From NCBI GenBank assembly GCA_030681595.1, contig JAUXSB010000003.1:31207-95206 (forward strand): 64,000 nucleotides of DNA, read 5' to 3'. The translations under genes were made by a program, and so were the position numbers. The first letter of the stretch is position 1. Every line of letters begins with the position of its first letter. The DNA comes from Candidatus Omnitrophota bacterium. Lineage in GTDB: Bacteria; Omnitrophota; Gorgyraeia; Ghiorseimicrobiales; Ghiorseimicrobiaceae. This document shows positions 40,682 through 51,742 of this stretch, piece by piece. The notes below the pieces were generated by a model. The model was not told the origin of the DNA, did not search any database, and saw only the letters and a list, made by a program, of their open reading frames with translations.

Positions 40682-41614
40682 TTACGGCTCGCTTTTAACA
40701 TGTTTTATTGTCTCTTCTTTGGAAACAAAAACAGCGTATAGTTCTTGCGAAGAAAAATATTTATCCATCGCATAAAGGCCGGGACATATTTCATTCAAAA
40801 AACAAACACTACAACACTCAACCTTGCCATATGACCATCCTCTTTGGACTTTAAGGCCCTTTTCATCTAAGAAATAAATCGCGCGCTTCTCTCTCTTTAT
40901 TATTTTTCTGGCTTCCGTAGAACAATGTGCAAAATCAGCCATGTAACATAAGGGTACGCGTTCCGCCCTAAAAGTTCTCTTTTGCTCGGCTAAAAAATGC
41001 ATTGCCCTATTGAGCTCTAATTCAAAATCTATCAGTCGGGGAATCGTATCGGGATTTTCTGATGCGCGGTTCATCGAAGGGTCAATATTATTCCAGATAA
41101 AATGGCGAATAAACGGATATCTATTCACAAGCCACGCCGTAATTCTGCTTAAATGATCGGCATTATATTTATTAATCACGGTAATAACATCAACCTGCAA
41201 ATTTAACTTTTTGGCATTGTTAAGCGTTTTTTTAATGTTACATAAAGAATCCTTGTTCTCAGTAAGAAAACCCTGAATATCAGCACTATCAGAGTAGATG
41301 GATAAATTGATATGGTTTAATCCTGCCTCTGCCAATGAGTTAATATATTTAAAGTCGGCTGTTTTTTGGCCATTCGTTATTATTCTGACTGGAAAATTTT
41401 TGTTTGTTGCATACGCGATCAATTCAATGAGATCTGGATATAGGGTCGGCTCTCCTCCGCTTAAAATAACCCCATCGCAACCTATCTTGACATAATAATC
41501 AATTAACTCCTTAGCTTTCTTAAGAGATATGGTTTTATCAAACGACGGATTAGAACAAAATCTGCATTTTTGATTACAAATACGCGTAACCTGTATATAA
41601 GCTAATTCGGCCAT
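40682..41614 (-). CDS. radical SAM protein, island paralog family
   Basis: 310 aa with CNQKCRFC, LSGGEPT, and C-terminal VPLCY...CCSVCFLNEICPG. Confidence 0.7.
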   Translation of the reverse strand: MAELAYIQVTRICNQKCRFCSNPSFDKTISLKKAKELIDYYVKIGCDGVILSGGEPTLYPDLIELIAYATNKNFPVRIITNGQKTADFKYINSLAEAGLNHINLSIYSDSADIQGFLTENKDSLCNIKKTLNNAKKLNLQVDVITVINKYNADHLSRITAWLVNRYPFIRHFIWNNIDPSMNRASENPDTIPRLIDFELELNRAMHFLAEQKRTFRAERVPLCYMADFAHCSTEARKIIKREKRAIYFLDEKGLKVQRGWSYGKVECCSVCFLNEICPGLYAMDKYFSSQELYAVFVSKEETIKHVKSEP

Positions 41615-41618
41615 GTTT

Positions 41619-42644
41619 TCAGTAATTGCATTTATGTTTATGCTTGTTTTTTATTTCTGAATCAAATATGCTAATCCGCTCTAAAGTATGCAATATTTCT
41701 TTCGGATTTTTATCTGAAAGCGTTAGATTAAAATTAGGATAAACTTTTAGATAATCTCTTCTTACCCCCGGGCATATTTCACACAAAGAACAGCCTCTGC
41801 ATTCTCTGTATTTATAAAAATCTTCTTTGGCGATATCATTTTGAGTCCTGAGATTATTTATCCCGCGCGAATCAAGATATAAGTTATTATGATATAAATT
41901 TTCTTTTAATTCAACACTGGACCATTCATAAGAAGAGAGGATACATAACGGAAAACCGCAAGCAGAAATTTTATCCGTAGGGTTATCCCCTCCTAACGCC
42001 TTTAACGCTTTTAAAAGATAAGGCTGAATCTTATTTAGCGGAGGAAGTATCTTTTTGTAAAAAGTACTGTCATTGCCGCCTAAATCCATAAATTTAAATT
42101 TTACCCTGAATGGCGTATGCCTTAATATTTTTTTAAGATGAGTCGCCATGCCCTCTAATTCTTTATAATTCAAGCTATTAATTACCGTGTTGAAATTAAT
42201 CGCTAGCCTTTCTCTTATCTTTTTATTATCCTTATTAAATGATTCGATATTTAGTAAAGCCTTTTCCTGTAAAGAATGGCAAAACTTATTTCTTGATATG
42301 GCATTTGCAACCTTTGGGATATGCGAGTGAAAAGAAAAATTTATCTGCACGACTCCGCCTTTAATAACCTTAACTAAAAAATCATAGTAACTAAGCATTG
42401 AACCGTTAGTTGTAACCTTAAGTTTTAAATTACATTTTTTGGCTTCTTCCAATATTTTTAAAAAATCTGGCCTAATGAATGATTCCCCGGTCATTAACAT
42501 AACTGTATCTTCCTTGTAACTCTTAACTTTTTGAAACAATTGCCTAATTTCTCCAAAAGAAAGATCTTTTTTATGCTTATGCTGCCTATCCAGACAAAAT
42601 AAACAGTTGAAATTACATTTTTGGGTAATGCCTGTAATAATCAT
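41619..42644 (-). CDS. radical SAM protein, island paralog family (divergent)
   Basis: 341 aa with CNFNCLFC and C-terminal FPLCIL...CRGCSLCEICPG. Confidence 0.65.
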   Translation of the reverse strand: MIITGITQKCNFNCLFCLDRQHKHKKDLSFGEIRQLFQKVKSYKEDTVMLMTGESFIRPDFLKILEEAKKCNLKLKVTTNGSMLSYYDFLVKVIKGGVVQINFSFHSHIPKVANAISRNKFCHSLQEKALLNIESFNKDNKKIRERLAINFNTVINSLNYKELEGMATHLKKILRHTPFRVKFKFMDLGGNDSTFYKKILPPLNKIQPYLLKALKALGGDNPTDKISACGFPLCILSSYEWSSVELKENLYHNNLYLDSRGINNLRTQNDIAKEDFYKYRECRGCSLCEICPGVRRDYLKVYPNFNLTLSDKNPKEILHTLERISIFDSEIKNKHKHKCNY

Positions 42645-44734
42645 TAATTTTCTATCGGCTTTAAATCAGAAAACGAATAAATTAATGCGTATTCTCGCCA
42701 TACGCCATTACAAAAATTATATAAATTACATTTAACACAATTTGGCCCCTTAATTTTGCCTAAATTTAAATTATTTTCCCGCGAATTAAATCTTAAAGTA
42801 TTTTCGGTATATTCCACACATTGGCTAAGGTACTTATGCCATCCTCCTATACATAACGGGACACCGCAATATGGATTAAATATCATTAAATCACATTTTT
42901 TAGCCAGCTCGACTGCCTTTTTGATATAGGGAGAGATTATTCCATATGACGGTATAAGATACTTATTTATTAATGCCCGCTCCCGCGGCTGGATAACCGA
43001 AAGCGAGATATTTTTAATTTGGGGAAATTTATTATGAACAAATTTTATGTATTCGGGTAACTCTTTGTAATTTTGGGTAGTTATAACCGGATTTAAGGTA
43101 ACATCAATATTTAATTCTAATGAATTCCTAATCCCTGCGATAGCCATATCGAAGGCACCCTCCAACCCTACCAGCTTATCATGAATTCCAGGTACTGAAG
43201 AATGCAGGCTAATAAATAGCTTATTCAGCCCGGCATATTTCAATTTTTTTAAATAATCGTTATCGGATAGCCTTATCGCGTTAGTTTGAACCTGAACTAT
43301 TTTTACTCCTTTTCTATGGGCATATTTTATCAACTCCGAAAGGTCTTTTCTCAGGGTAGGCTCACCGCCGGTAATATCCAACTCCAACCTTAATTCCTTA
43401 TCAAGTGCGGTCAAGCGGCCTATTTCAAGTTTAGCCTGTTTAGTCGAAAGCTCTTTTAGAGCATACGATTCCGGAGGAACATTACAAAATAAACATCCGG
43501 CATTACACGCTGAGCCTAATCGTAAAAGCTTATATGGGGAGTTTTTCTTGACATCACCAATACTAATTTTCTTTAACCCGGCTTTAATCGGTGATAAAAC
43601 CTCAAATCCGTGCTTACGGATATAATTACACTGCATTCCAGCACAGCCTGCCATATGTTTGCACTCCTTGCATCTTTTACTTTTCAAAAAATATCTGTGT
43701 TGAATATAAAAATCAAGAAACTTTAAAATATCTTTATTTTTTTGGTCATTTTGCACATATACTGCCGGCCTGCCCGAATATCCCGGTTCATTTATTTCCC
43801 CTAAACAAAAAGGGGAGGCATGCGAAAGTATTTTATTTTTTTTCTTTAATTCTATTAAATCCTTACAAAAATTTTCTAAAAAACAAAACCGGCACCTCAA
43901 GCCTTTACAATCCATCACTTTGCCTTTAAAAAGAAAATTATTAAACATATCCTTGCGGCCGCCTACTTCATCGTATAATTTAGCCGGGTGCTGGATTAAA
44001 TATTCAAATCCTTCAAGATACTGCGGGGGGAAACGATTTGTCCATATATGTAGCCGCGGATCTTTGGATAGCATAAAAGCTTTGCGCAAAAATTTAATTG
44101 ATTTTTGAATATCATAAAAGAGAATATCCCTCTTAGCCCATGCTTGCCCAAATGGGATAACTTGCAAAAGATCAAACTCATATACGCCCAAATTAATAAA
44201 GAATTCTAAAATACTTGCTAAATACATTACATTAATTTTGTTTATCACAATATCAACACTAACAATCAAATCTTTTTCTTTTAAAGCATTAACTAAGGCT
44301 ACTAACGACTGCTGAAATGATCCCGGTACTTTAGTTTGTTGATCATGAAGCCTGCTATTATGCCCATGCAGCGAAAAGGTTATTTCTGATACACCGCTTT
44401 CTATTGCCTGCTTTAAGAAGCTCTGGTAGGCAAACATCCGGCCATTGGTAATAACTTGAATATGGCTGTATCCTAATGTCCTCGCCATATTAACAATATT
44501 AAAAAAATCCGGATGGATTGTTGGTTCTCCCCCGCTTAAAACAACTCGTCTTATCCCTAAACCTCTGCCTTTTTGTAAATCGGCTTTGATCTTCTCTAAA
44601 GGGATTACGCTCCCATCATGGGCTTCTTTATCTAAACAAAAGAGGCAGCGGTTATTACAACCCCGGGTTAGCCGTACCCAGTGTCTTTTTACCTGTGGTA
44701 TAATTTCTCGTTGCATAGAATAGCCTTTTATCAT
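42644..44734 (-). CDS. tandem-fused double radical SAM protein (two complete paralog-family modules)
   Basis: 696 aa. Module 1 has CNNRCLFC...SLHGHNSRLHDQQT...CKECKHMAGCAG. Module 2 has CNAGCLFC...SLHSSVPGIHDKL...VPLCIGG...CVKCNLYNFCNG. Confidence 0.75.
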   Translation of the reverse strand: MIKGYSMQREIIPQVKRHWVRLTRGCNNRCLFCLDKEAHDGSVIPLEKIKADLQKGRGLGIRRVVLSGGEPTIHPDFFNIVNMARTLGYSHIQVITNGRMFAYQSFLKQAIESGVSEITFSLHGHNSRLHDQQTKVPGSFQQSLVALVNALKEKDLIVSVDIVINKINVMYLASILEFFINLGVYEFDLLQVIPFGQAWAKRDILFYDIQKSIKFLRKAFMLSKDPRLHIWTNRFPPQYLEGFEYLIQHPAKLYDEVGGRKDMFNNFLFKGKVMDCKGLRCRFCFLENFCKDLIELKKKNKILSHASPFCLGEINEPGYSGRPAVYVQNDQKNKDILKFLDFYIQHRYFLKSKRCKECKHMAGCAGMQCNYIRKHGFEVLSPIKAGLKKISIGDVKKNSPYKLLRLGSACNAGCLFCNVPPESYALKELSTKQAKLEIGRLTALDKELRLELDITGGEPTLRKDLSELIKYAHRKGVKIVQVQTNAIRLSDNDYLKKLKYAGLNKLFISLHSSVPGIHDKLVGLEGAFDMAIAGIRNSLELNIDVTLNPVITTQNYKELPEYIKFVHNKFPQIKNISLSVIQPRERALINKYLIPSYGIISPYIKKAVELAKKCDLMIFNPYCGVPLCIGGWHKYLSQCVEYTENTLRFNSRENNLNLGKIKGPNCVKCNLYNFCNGVWREYALIYSFSDLKPIEN

Positions 44735-45693
44735 TTAATTGCCCTGAATTCGCCCCAGCCAACCTTTTCGGCATAAAGATTATCTATACCGCTGCATTTA
44801 TAATAATATTTGCATGGTTTACAGCTTTTATTTTTTATATTCCTTGATTCACGAGGTAATATTTCTACTCTTTTATTTTTAACCTGAAGTGGGATTTCGG
44901 ATTCCCCGACGTAATTTTCATAACCTACCATCAAACAAAGCGGCACAGGAGATATCTGTATAACGCCGGATAATCTAAACAGCTTATCTACTTTTAACCT
45001 ATCAATTACATTCCTAACTTCTTTAGCTACATCCAAATAAGTAACAAATAACTGACTGAAGAATCTTTCTGCGTTGCCGGAATACATTGGCATATTTAAC
45101 ACAATGCTATCTACTTTATTAAACGGTAAGATTTTTCTTAAGAAATTTTCAATATCTCTGTAGTTAATTTTTGTCATGGTAAAATTAACATTAAGCCGAA
45201 ATCTATATTTTTCCTTTAAAGAGACCATGTTGCATAACCCTTGCCATGTTTGTTCAAATGCACCGCTGCTACGAGTTAAGGCATCATGGATTTTTTTATT
45301 ACTCCCGTGAAGAGAAATATTAATCTCATTTAGCCCGCTATCTAATAATTCAATGCAAAAGTTTTTATATCTTAATAAACGCCCGTTTGTCTGTAGGCAA
45401 ATATCTTTATATCCCCACTTCTTAGATAATCTTATGAAATAAAGTAAGCCCTTATTCAGCGTTGACTCTCCCCCCGTAAATGATATGGAATCGACTTCTT
45501 TTGTTTTTCTTCCATCTCTTTTAAACATATCCAGATTTAAAAATGGTTCTCCGTTGACACTGCAATAATATTTTGACAACATATTCTGGCCATTAATACA
45601 ATCGCGATCACAGCAAAAAATACAATTATTGTTACAACACCCGCTGGTTTTAATATGAATTCTACTATCAGGGCTTATAATTACGTTATCCAT
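44731..45693 (-). CDS. radical SAM protein, island paralog family
   Basis: 320 aa with CNNNCIFC, FTGGEST, SLHGSNKKIHDALT, and C-terminal CKPCKYYYKCSG...VGWGEFRAIK. Confidence 0.7.
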   Translation of the reverse strand: MDNVIISPDSRIHIKTSGCCNNNCIFCCDRDCINGQNMLSKYYCSVNGEPFLNLDMFKRDGRKTKEVDSISFTGGESTLNKGLLYFIRLSKKWGYKDICLQTNGRLLRYKNFCIELLDSGLNEINISLHGSNKKIHDALTRSSGAFEQTWQGLCNMVSLKEKYRFRLNVNFTMTKINYRDIENFLRKILPFNKVDSIVLNMPMYSGNAERFFSQLFVTYLDVAKEVRNVIDRLKVDKLFRLSGVIQISPVPLCLMVGYENYVGESEIPLQVKNKRVEILPRESRNIKNKSCKPCKYYYKCSGIDNLYAEKVGWGEFRAIK

Positions 45694-45696
45694 TCT

Positions 45697-47055
45697 CTAA
45701 CGGTAAAAAAATAATGCGTAGATATATTTTTCTTCCGGCTTATCAAAATAAAAACAAATGTAATCATCAAAAATCTTTATTTTTCCAAGCCGCTTTAAAG
45801 CGTAAATAGCATAAGGAAAGGCAACAAAAATACTTGTACCAAACACAGCCTCAAATATTTTTTGAGGAACCTTGGATTCTAAGGCTAAATGATTTATTAT
45901 AAATTTTATCATCGCCTCTTTTTTCCTTAATATTCTACCCTCATATATTTTACTATCAAACTCAAAATGCCTCGGTTGCTTAACTTGACGATACTCCAGC
46001 ATACCATGTATATACGACCTGGAAAATGTTCCCAGGCCAAAGGTACACCCTGCGTATTCACCGGAATAATCTTGGGAAAAACTAGAGTCAAGATGTTCCT
46101 TATGGCGAAAGCCCCAATGGAACCTGGCAGGGTCAAAAGAGTCCGCTACATAGCCGAATTTCCGGCTTAATACACGCATAATTTTTAATGCCCGTGAAAT
46201 CATGGATGGATAATGCTTTTGAAAATAATCTGCGCGGCTCATCTTGAAATATTTACGCAGATATCCGTCATTAGGCGGCATTAAACCATAGACAACGATA
46301 TTATAAGGCCTTAATTTAGCAATTTCAGAAAAACTTTTTGTAAAGCCATTTGGGCTATCCCCTGCGAGACCGGCTATTAAATCGACACTAATATCCCTAA
46401 AACCATTTTCTTTTACCAGCCCAATTGCTTTTTTAATGCTCGCGTAATCCTGATAGTCCCTTTTATGAATTTTTAAAACCTTAGCATTTAAAGTTTGCAC
46501 GCCAAAACTAACTCTATTAAATCCAAAATGCTTAAGTAAGCTCAATCTTGAATTTCTTGTACTGCCTGGATTACATTCGGCTGTTTTTTGGCTATCGCCA
46601 CAAAATGAAAAATACCGGAAAAGATTTGTGAGAACCTTATCAAGTTGTTTGCTGTTTAAAATACTTGGTGTACCGCCTCCGACATAAAGATTACGGAATT
46701 TAATTTGGCTGAATGTATCGGAAAAAAAACACATATTCTCAATCAAATAATCCACATACCGGTCTATCTCTCTCCTGTCTCTTGCTGTCTGCGAAGGATA
46801 CGAACAATAAACACATTTTGACTGACAAAATGGGATATGGATGTAGAAATCGATATCGCACGGGTTGTTTTTATTTTTAGCATACTGGATAAATTTAGCC
46901 CAATAATCTTTAATTAGGCGGGGGCTAATCTGCCGGTTATAATCGGAATATGTATGCAGTTGATTAATATCATAAAAATAATCCCTCCGCCTAAGAATAT
47001 TTTCAAAATACGACACCTCATTCCTTAATATTTTTAAAATGTTGTTATCGCTCAT
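45697..47055 (-). CDS. HemN/HemW-like radical SAM protein (class-C-like)
   Basis: 452 aa with YIHIPFCQSKCVYCSYPS signature. Confidence 0.7.
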   Translation of the reverse strand: MSDNNILKILRNEVSYFENILRRRDYFYDINQLHTYSDYNRQISPRLIKDYWAKFIQYAKNKNNPCDIDFYIHIPFCQSKCVYCSYPSQTARDRREIDRYVDYLIENMCFFSDTFSQIKFRNLYVGGGTPSILNSKQLDKVLTNLFRYFSFCGDSQKTAECNPGSTRNSRLSLLKHFGFNRVSFGVQTLNAKVLKIHKRDYQDYASIKKAIGLVKENGFRDISVDLIAGLAGDSPNGFTKSFSEIAKLRPYNIVVYGLMPPNDGYLRKYFKMSRADYFQKHYPSMISRALKIMRVLSRKFGYVADSFDPARFHWGFRHKEHLDSSFSQDYSGEYAGCTFGLGTFSRSYIHGMLEYRQVKQPRHFEFDSKIYEGRILRKKEAMIKFIINHLALESKVPQKIFEAVFGTSIFVAFPYAIYALKRLGKIKIFDDYICFYFDKPEEKYIYALFFYR

Positions 47056-47063
47056 ATGAATAA

Positions 47064-47990
47064 CTAAATAGGGCTTAATTCTTTATCGCCAAATTCTTTA
47101 TAATAACGCTTAAATATTCCCCCGCAGATATTCTTCTTTGCGCAACGCTGGCATACAACTGTATAGATCCTCCCCCTAACCGGCCTGTACGAATGCGTAA
47201 CCTTAAGAAATCTTTGGCTACTTCTATGCATCTTTTCGATTGTCGTCCGGGGAGACCACCAAAGATCATTAGAACAGCCCTGATAATTATTCAATATACA
47301 AAGCGGTATCCCAAAAAATCTAACAACCAAAGAATTCCTATCGGCTTCGGATATAATTGTTCTAATGTTTTCTTTAATTAACTTAAGGGGCACGGATAGC
47401 TCGCAAAAATTATCCAAAGCATTGCCTTCAGGAGCAATATTAGAAATGAGTATCTGCTTTATTTTTTTGAAATTAGAGATAAATTTGATTATGCGATCTA
47501 GCGATCCAAAATTATACCGCGTCAATACGATATTAACAATGCCGAATATGTCTTTCGGATGCCTATCTATATTTTTTAACGCACGAAGCAAATTATCAAA
47601 ACTATGTTCGTTATTTGTATGAAAATTATGGAGTTTAGCGCTGTGGCCATGCAAAGAGAAGCAGAACTCATCAACATAATTTAAGGCCTCCCGAGTGAAA
47701 TCTTTTAAATAAAATAATCCTCCGTTACTCGTAGTATAAGTTTTATAGCCTTTAGTTTTTGCTAATTTAACTATTTCCACAAAATCGGGATGAAAAGTCG
47801 GTTCTCCTCCGGTAAAAGTAACATGATTAATTCTTCCCTTGTGATATTTTTCCAAAACGTTATTTACAACCGATTTCGGCAAAAAATACCCTTTAAACTT
47901 TATTAGCTGCTTATGCTCACTGCAAAAAATACAGTTATTTACGCAATCATAGGATATATGCAATTCTAATCGTTGTATATTATTTTCCAT
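47064..47990 (-). CDS. radical SAM protein, island paralog family
   Basis: 308 aa with CVNNCIFC, FTGGEPT, SLHGHSAKLHNFHT, and C-terminal IPLCIL...CQRCAKKNICGG...FGDKELSPI. Confidence 0.75.
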   Translation of the reverse strand: MENNIQRLELHISYDCVNNCIFCSEHKQLIKFKGYFLPKSVVNNVLEKYHKGRINHVTFTGGEPTFHPDFVEIVKLAKTKGYKTYTTSNGGLFYLKDFTREALNYVDEFCFSLHGHSAKLHNFHTNNEHSFDNLLRALKNIDRHPKDIFGIVNIVLTRYNFGSLDRIIKFISNFKKIKQILISNIAPEGNALDNFCELSVPLKLIKENIRTIISEADRNSLVVRFFGIPLCILNNYQGCSNDLWWSPRTTIEKMHRSSQRFLKVTHSYRPVRGRIYTVVCQRCAKKNICGGIFKRYYKEFGDKELSPI

Positions 47991-47994
47991 ATCA

Positions 47995-48912
47995 TTATTT
48001 AATCGGCTTTATTTCGCGATCACCATAATATTTTAGGTATATATCCCAAACACCTTTACACTTATCAGCAATCTTACAAAATAAACATTTTCTAATTTTT
48101 ATTCGATTAATTATTTTTTTTGACTCGATATTTTCGTACTGTTCAATTTTATTTTTAGATATCAACCGAGGCGTACTTTCAAACGAATATTCATTTTCCT
48201 CGATAGTACCGGATATCTGCTTAAGATAGTCCCCAAAATAGCATAAGCAGGGAACATTTAAAGCCGCATAGCTAACCTCATCATCTAACCGCCCAATATC
48301 TAAAAATTTGCGAATATAATACGCGGCTGTAGAAATACGCGGCGTATATTTATAAAAATCACGCGGGGAACTAACATAAATGAGGCATGCCGTTTTTATC
48401 CCAACACGATAGATTAACTTACCTATATCATATAAATATTTATAATTCTGCTTAACAATTACCGTGTTTGTACCTATATTATCAAACCCGAATTTCCTAA
48501 GGTTGGCAATCCCTTCCTTAAGATGTTTAAAGCTCCCCTCTACCTGCGATAGATAATCGTGTAATTTTGCATTATGCCCGTTGATCGTAAAGATTATACG
48601 AGAAATTCCTGCCTCAATAGCCCTACGAGTAAAATCTTCATAAGAGAAAAACCTGCCATTTGTAGTCAAAGTGATATTTTGAAAACCTATATTTTTGGCA
48701 AATTTTAGCAAATAAAAAAAGTCCGGCCTAATCGTAACCTCCCCCCCGGCAAAAAAAGCATCAACAGCCCCAGCTTTTTTCGCTTCTTTAATCTCCCGCA
48801 TTATTTCCTGTGTCGTTTTAACAGGAATACCCCTATATGCCCTATCGCCGCAAAAACGGCAATAATTATTACAGGAATAACCGGTAAGAAATTTTGCTGT
48901 TTTATCTTGCAT
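47995..48912 (-). CDS. radical SAM protein, island paralog family
   Basis: 305 aa with CNNYCRFC, FAGGEVT, TINGHNAKLHDYLS, and C-terminal CLFCKIADKCKG...YGDREIKPIK. Confidence 0.75.
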   Translation of the reverse strand: MQDKTAKFLTGYSCNNYCRFCGDRAYRGIPVKTTQEIMREIKEAKKAGAVDAFFAGGEVTIRPDFFYLLKFAKNIGFQNITLTTNGRFFSYEDFTRRAIEAGISRIIFTINGHNAKLHDYLSQVEGSFKHLKEGIANLRKFGFDNIGTNTVIVKQNYKYLYDIGKLIYRVGIKTACLIYVSSPRDFYKYTPRISTAAYYIRKFLDIGRLDDEVSYAALNVPCLCYFGDYLKQISGTIEENEYSFESTPRLISKNKIEQYENIESKKIINRIKIRKCLFCKIADKCKGVWDIYLKYYGDREIKPIK

Positions 48913-48922
48913 TGATAATAGT

Positions 48923-50455
48923 TTATTGCTTGGAGTTAGAGTTGAAGCACCGATTGTACTGCCCGCATTCTCGGCAAAATCCCCGCCATAAGTTTAAATT
49001 GAGATTATCCACCATAAGGCGACTTTGTGTTAACGCCGCAAGATATTTCGATTTCTTATAAATACAATAGATCTCGGAATGATACAACTTCAAAATTTCG
49101 CTGATATCGGCTTCGGAAAAAAATTCTGTGCAATATGGGATGACGGATAAATTAGATTTGGAGAAATTATAAAAATCCTTTAAGGAATTTACTTTACTTA
49201 ATACTCCGTATTTTTCTGGATAAAGGAATAGTGGAGAAGCAGGGTCAATCGCAGTTGAGTCCTGGCGTATTTCAACATTCGCTAATCTATTCCGTATGGA
49301 ATTAATGAATTTTAATGTTTCATATATATTTTTTTTTGTTTCAAAAGGCAAACCCGCGGAAAACGATAAGCATAATTTAAGATTTTTTTTATTGGCATAC
49401 AATAAAATCTCTAATATTTCATTATTTGAATAGCCCGCCTCTTTATTCATTTTCCTGATTTTTCGCGATCCGCTTTCTAAAAAAATTGAAATAATTGACC
49501 CCCTTTGAAATGTTTTCGCGAATTCGTCAATAAATACCTTTGTTGATAATCTGCAATCACCAAAATTTATAGTTAGGTCGATTTTATTTTTCCGTATTTC
49601 TTTAAACAAATCCATAAAATATGCATCATTCTGGCTCACCGCATACATATGCAGTTTATTGATATTATATTTTTTCAGTCTTTTTAAATCCTTAATCACA
49701 TATTTCACATCGGCAAAAACAATTTTACTTCTCTTGTTAATATTTTTTTGGGCCGAACACCCTCCCCCACAAAAAGAACAGCTCCTGACGCATCCCCGGC
49801 TAGCAGTATAATAAAATATTGGTTCGCTATCCTTATTGTTTAAATCCATAGAGAAGAATCTTATATATTTATCGTGGTTACGAATAAGTTTAAAGTTCGC
49901 ATATGATAATCTGTTAATTATGGCTTTGCCGGCAACATAAGTATGGGGGTTTTCAACTATGCCTTCACCGTCTCTCCATACCAAGTTCGGGATAAGGCGC
50001 AACCCCTCCGGAGATTTACTTCGGATACTATTTAAAAGCGCTAATAAAGGGATTTCCGCATCACCCTTGATGACAAAATCTATTTCTTTATATGTACGCA
50101 TAATTTCAGTGGCGAAAAGTGAAGCCGTCATCCCGCCTACTATCACCGTAATCTTTTTAATCCCGCGTTTTAAATATTTAATCGCCTCCAATACTTCGTA
50201 TGTATGCTGATACCAATGAAGATCAAATAATACTGCCCAATAACCTCTACTTATAACAAAATTTTTCAAGTCAAAACTGGGATTTAAGCTTTTTTCCAGG
50301 CCCAGATGAATAATAGACGGTTTAAAGCTATTTTTTGATAAATAGTCTGCGATGCCTATCATGCCGCGAGGCATCAATTTTATGCTAGGATTTTTCCCCT
50401 CTCTGGATACATGGACAAAACAAACTTTATTATTAAGCTTAAGGTTAGCAGCCAT
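48923..50455 (-). CDS. B12-binding-domain radical SAM protein (class-B-like)
   Basis: 510 aa with an N-terminal Rossmann-like cobalamin-binding region (IVGGMTASLFATE...FVIKGDAEIPL) and CVRSCSFC. Confidence 0.65.
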   Translation of the reverse strand: MAANLKLNNKVCFVHVSREGKNPSIKLMPRGMIGIADYLSKNSFKPSIIHLGLEKSLNPSFDLKNFVISRGYWAVLFDLHWYQHTYEVLEAIKYLKRGIKKITVIVGGMTASLFATEIMRTYKEIDFVIKGDAEIPLLALLNSIRSKSPEGLRLIPNLVWRDGEGIVENPHTYVAGKAIINRLSYANFKLIRNHDKYIRFFSMDLNNKDSEPIFYYTASRGCVRSCSFCGGGCSAQKNINKRSKIVFADVKYVIKDLKRLKKYNINKLHMYAVSQNDAYFMDLFKEIRKNKIDLTINFGDCRLSTKVFIDEFAKTFQRGSIISIFLESGSRKIRKMNKEAGYSNNEILEILLYANKKNLKLCLSFSAGLPFETKKNIYETLKFINSIRNRLANVEIRQDSTAIDPASPLFLYPEKYGVLSKVNSLKDFYNFSKSNLSVIPYCTEFFSEADISEILKLYHSEIYCIYKKSKYLAALTQSRLMVDNLNLNLWRGFCRECGQYNRCFNSNSKQ

Positions 50456-50800
50456 TTAAAAGCGTGAAAATGTGTTTTCTTTCGAATAAATACGCAAATT
50501 ACTGTGAATCATTTTTTTAAATTTACGGTTATCCCCCTAGGTGTTTAAAAGTATATCCCGTATAGACGAAGAGGTTTTTCCGATATCATCCAAACTTTTT
50601 ATATCATTCACTGTGCCAAAATAAAATTCTCTTTTTAGCTTTTTAAATTTAGTCTCAAGCAATGGCCCCCCACAAAATATATCCCCCCGTCGCAATCAAC
50701 AGCCGGTTCAGAAGATATGATCCGCTCACCTTCCCGAATTTTGAAATTCGCTATAAAATTAATAATCTATTGATACTGGGTAAAACTTGCGTATCCATAA

Positions 50801-51742
50801 TCATTTTATCGGCTTTAATTCTGAATCGCCGTATAGCTTATAATAAGGCCGAAAAATTCCTTTGCAAAAATTATTTTTTTTACATACCCTGCATAATCTG
50901 GTTTTAGCGGCCATTGGGGTAGAGCGATTAATTTTTCGCAGGCGCAAAGAACCTTTCTTGTACTCCATTCTATCGTATTGCTCGTTAGCCTCTGCACTAC
51001 AATCATCTATATTGCCTGAAAAATCAGGCAGTACACAAGAAGGAACCCCAAAAATCCTGATATTCATCTTCAGGATTTGAGCTAAATTAAAAATGAGATG
51101 CGCTTTTTTTTCCCATTTACTTAACCTTACCGTATATTCCATGATAAATTTTTTATTTGCCGTTACGGGGACCATATTTGAAAATAACACCCTCTTTACT
51201 CCCAAATTATGCAACCCTATAATTATATCTTTTAAATATGGAAAATTATATTTTGTGACTACGGAGTTAGTTAATAAGTTAATTCGCGGATTTATGTCCA
51301 GGATATTCCGTAAGGCGCCGATTACTTTTTTGAAACTTCCGGGATTATTGGTATGACTATCATGAAGCCCAGCATTATGGCCATGCATAGAAATAACTAT
51401 CTCATCAATAAATGGGACTACCTTAGCCGCGAAAGAATACGAACTAAGCATAACGCCATTAGTGTTAAGATGCACCTCAAAACCATGGCTTTTTGCGGCA
51501 TAAAGAACATCGAAAAAATACGGATACAGCGTCGGTTCTCCCCCGGTAATAAATAGTGAACTATATTTCCCGGAATTTTTTTTAAAGAATGCGGTAATCC
51601 TATTCAAAGCAAAAGGTTGTAGGCTAAGATTCTCCTGTGCTCTGTTATCGGCTTCCAAACAAAAATCGCAATTGTTGGTACAGGCATAAGAAAGCATTAT
51701 TTCTAAGCGCTTTATTTGCTTACTCTTCTTCAATGTATGCAT
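50801..51742 (-). CDS. radical SAM protein, island paralog family
   Basis: 313 aa with CTNNCDFC, ITGGEPT, SMHGHNAGLHDSHT, and C-terminal VPSCVLP...CRVCKKNNFCKG...YGDSELKPIK. Confidence 0.75.
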   Translation of the reverse strand: MHTLKKSKQIKRLEIMLSYACTNNCDFCLEADNRAQENLSLQPFALNRITAFFKKNSGKYSSLFITGGEPTLYPYFFDVLYAAKSHGFEVHLNTNGVMLSSYSFAAKVVPFIDEIVISMHGHNAGLHDSHTNNPGSFKKVIGALRNILDINPRINLLTNSVVTKYNFPYLKDIIIGLHNLGVKRVLFSNMVPVTANKKFIMEYTVRLSKWEKKAHLIFNLAQILKMNIRIFGVPSCVLPDFSGNIDDCSAEANEQYDRMEYKKGSLRLRKINRSTPMAAKTRLCRVCKKNNFCKGIFRPYYKLYGDSELKPIK

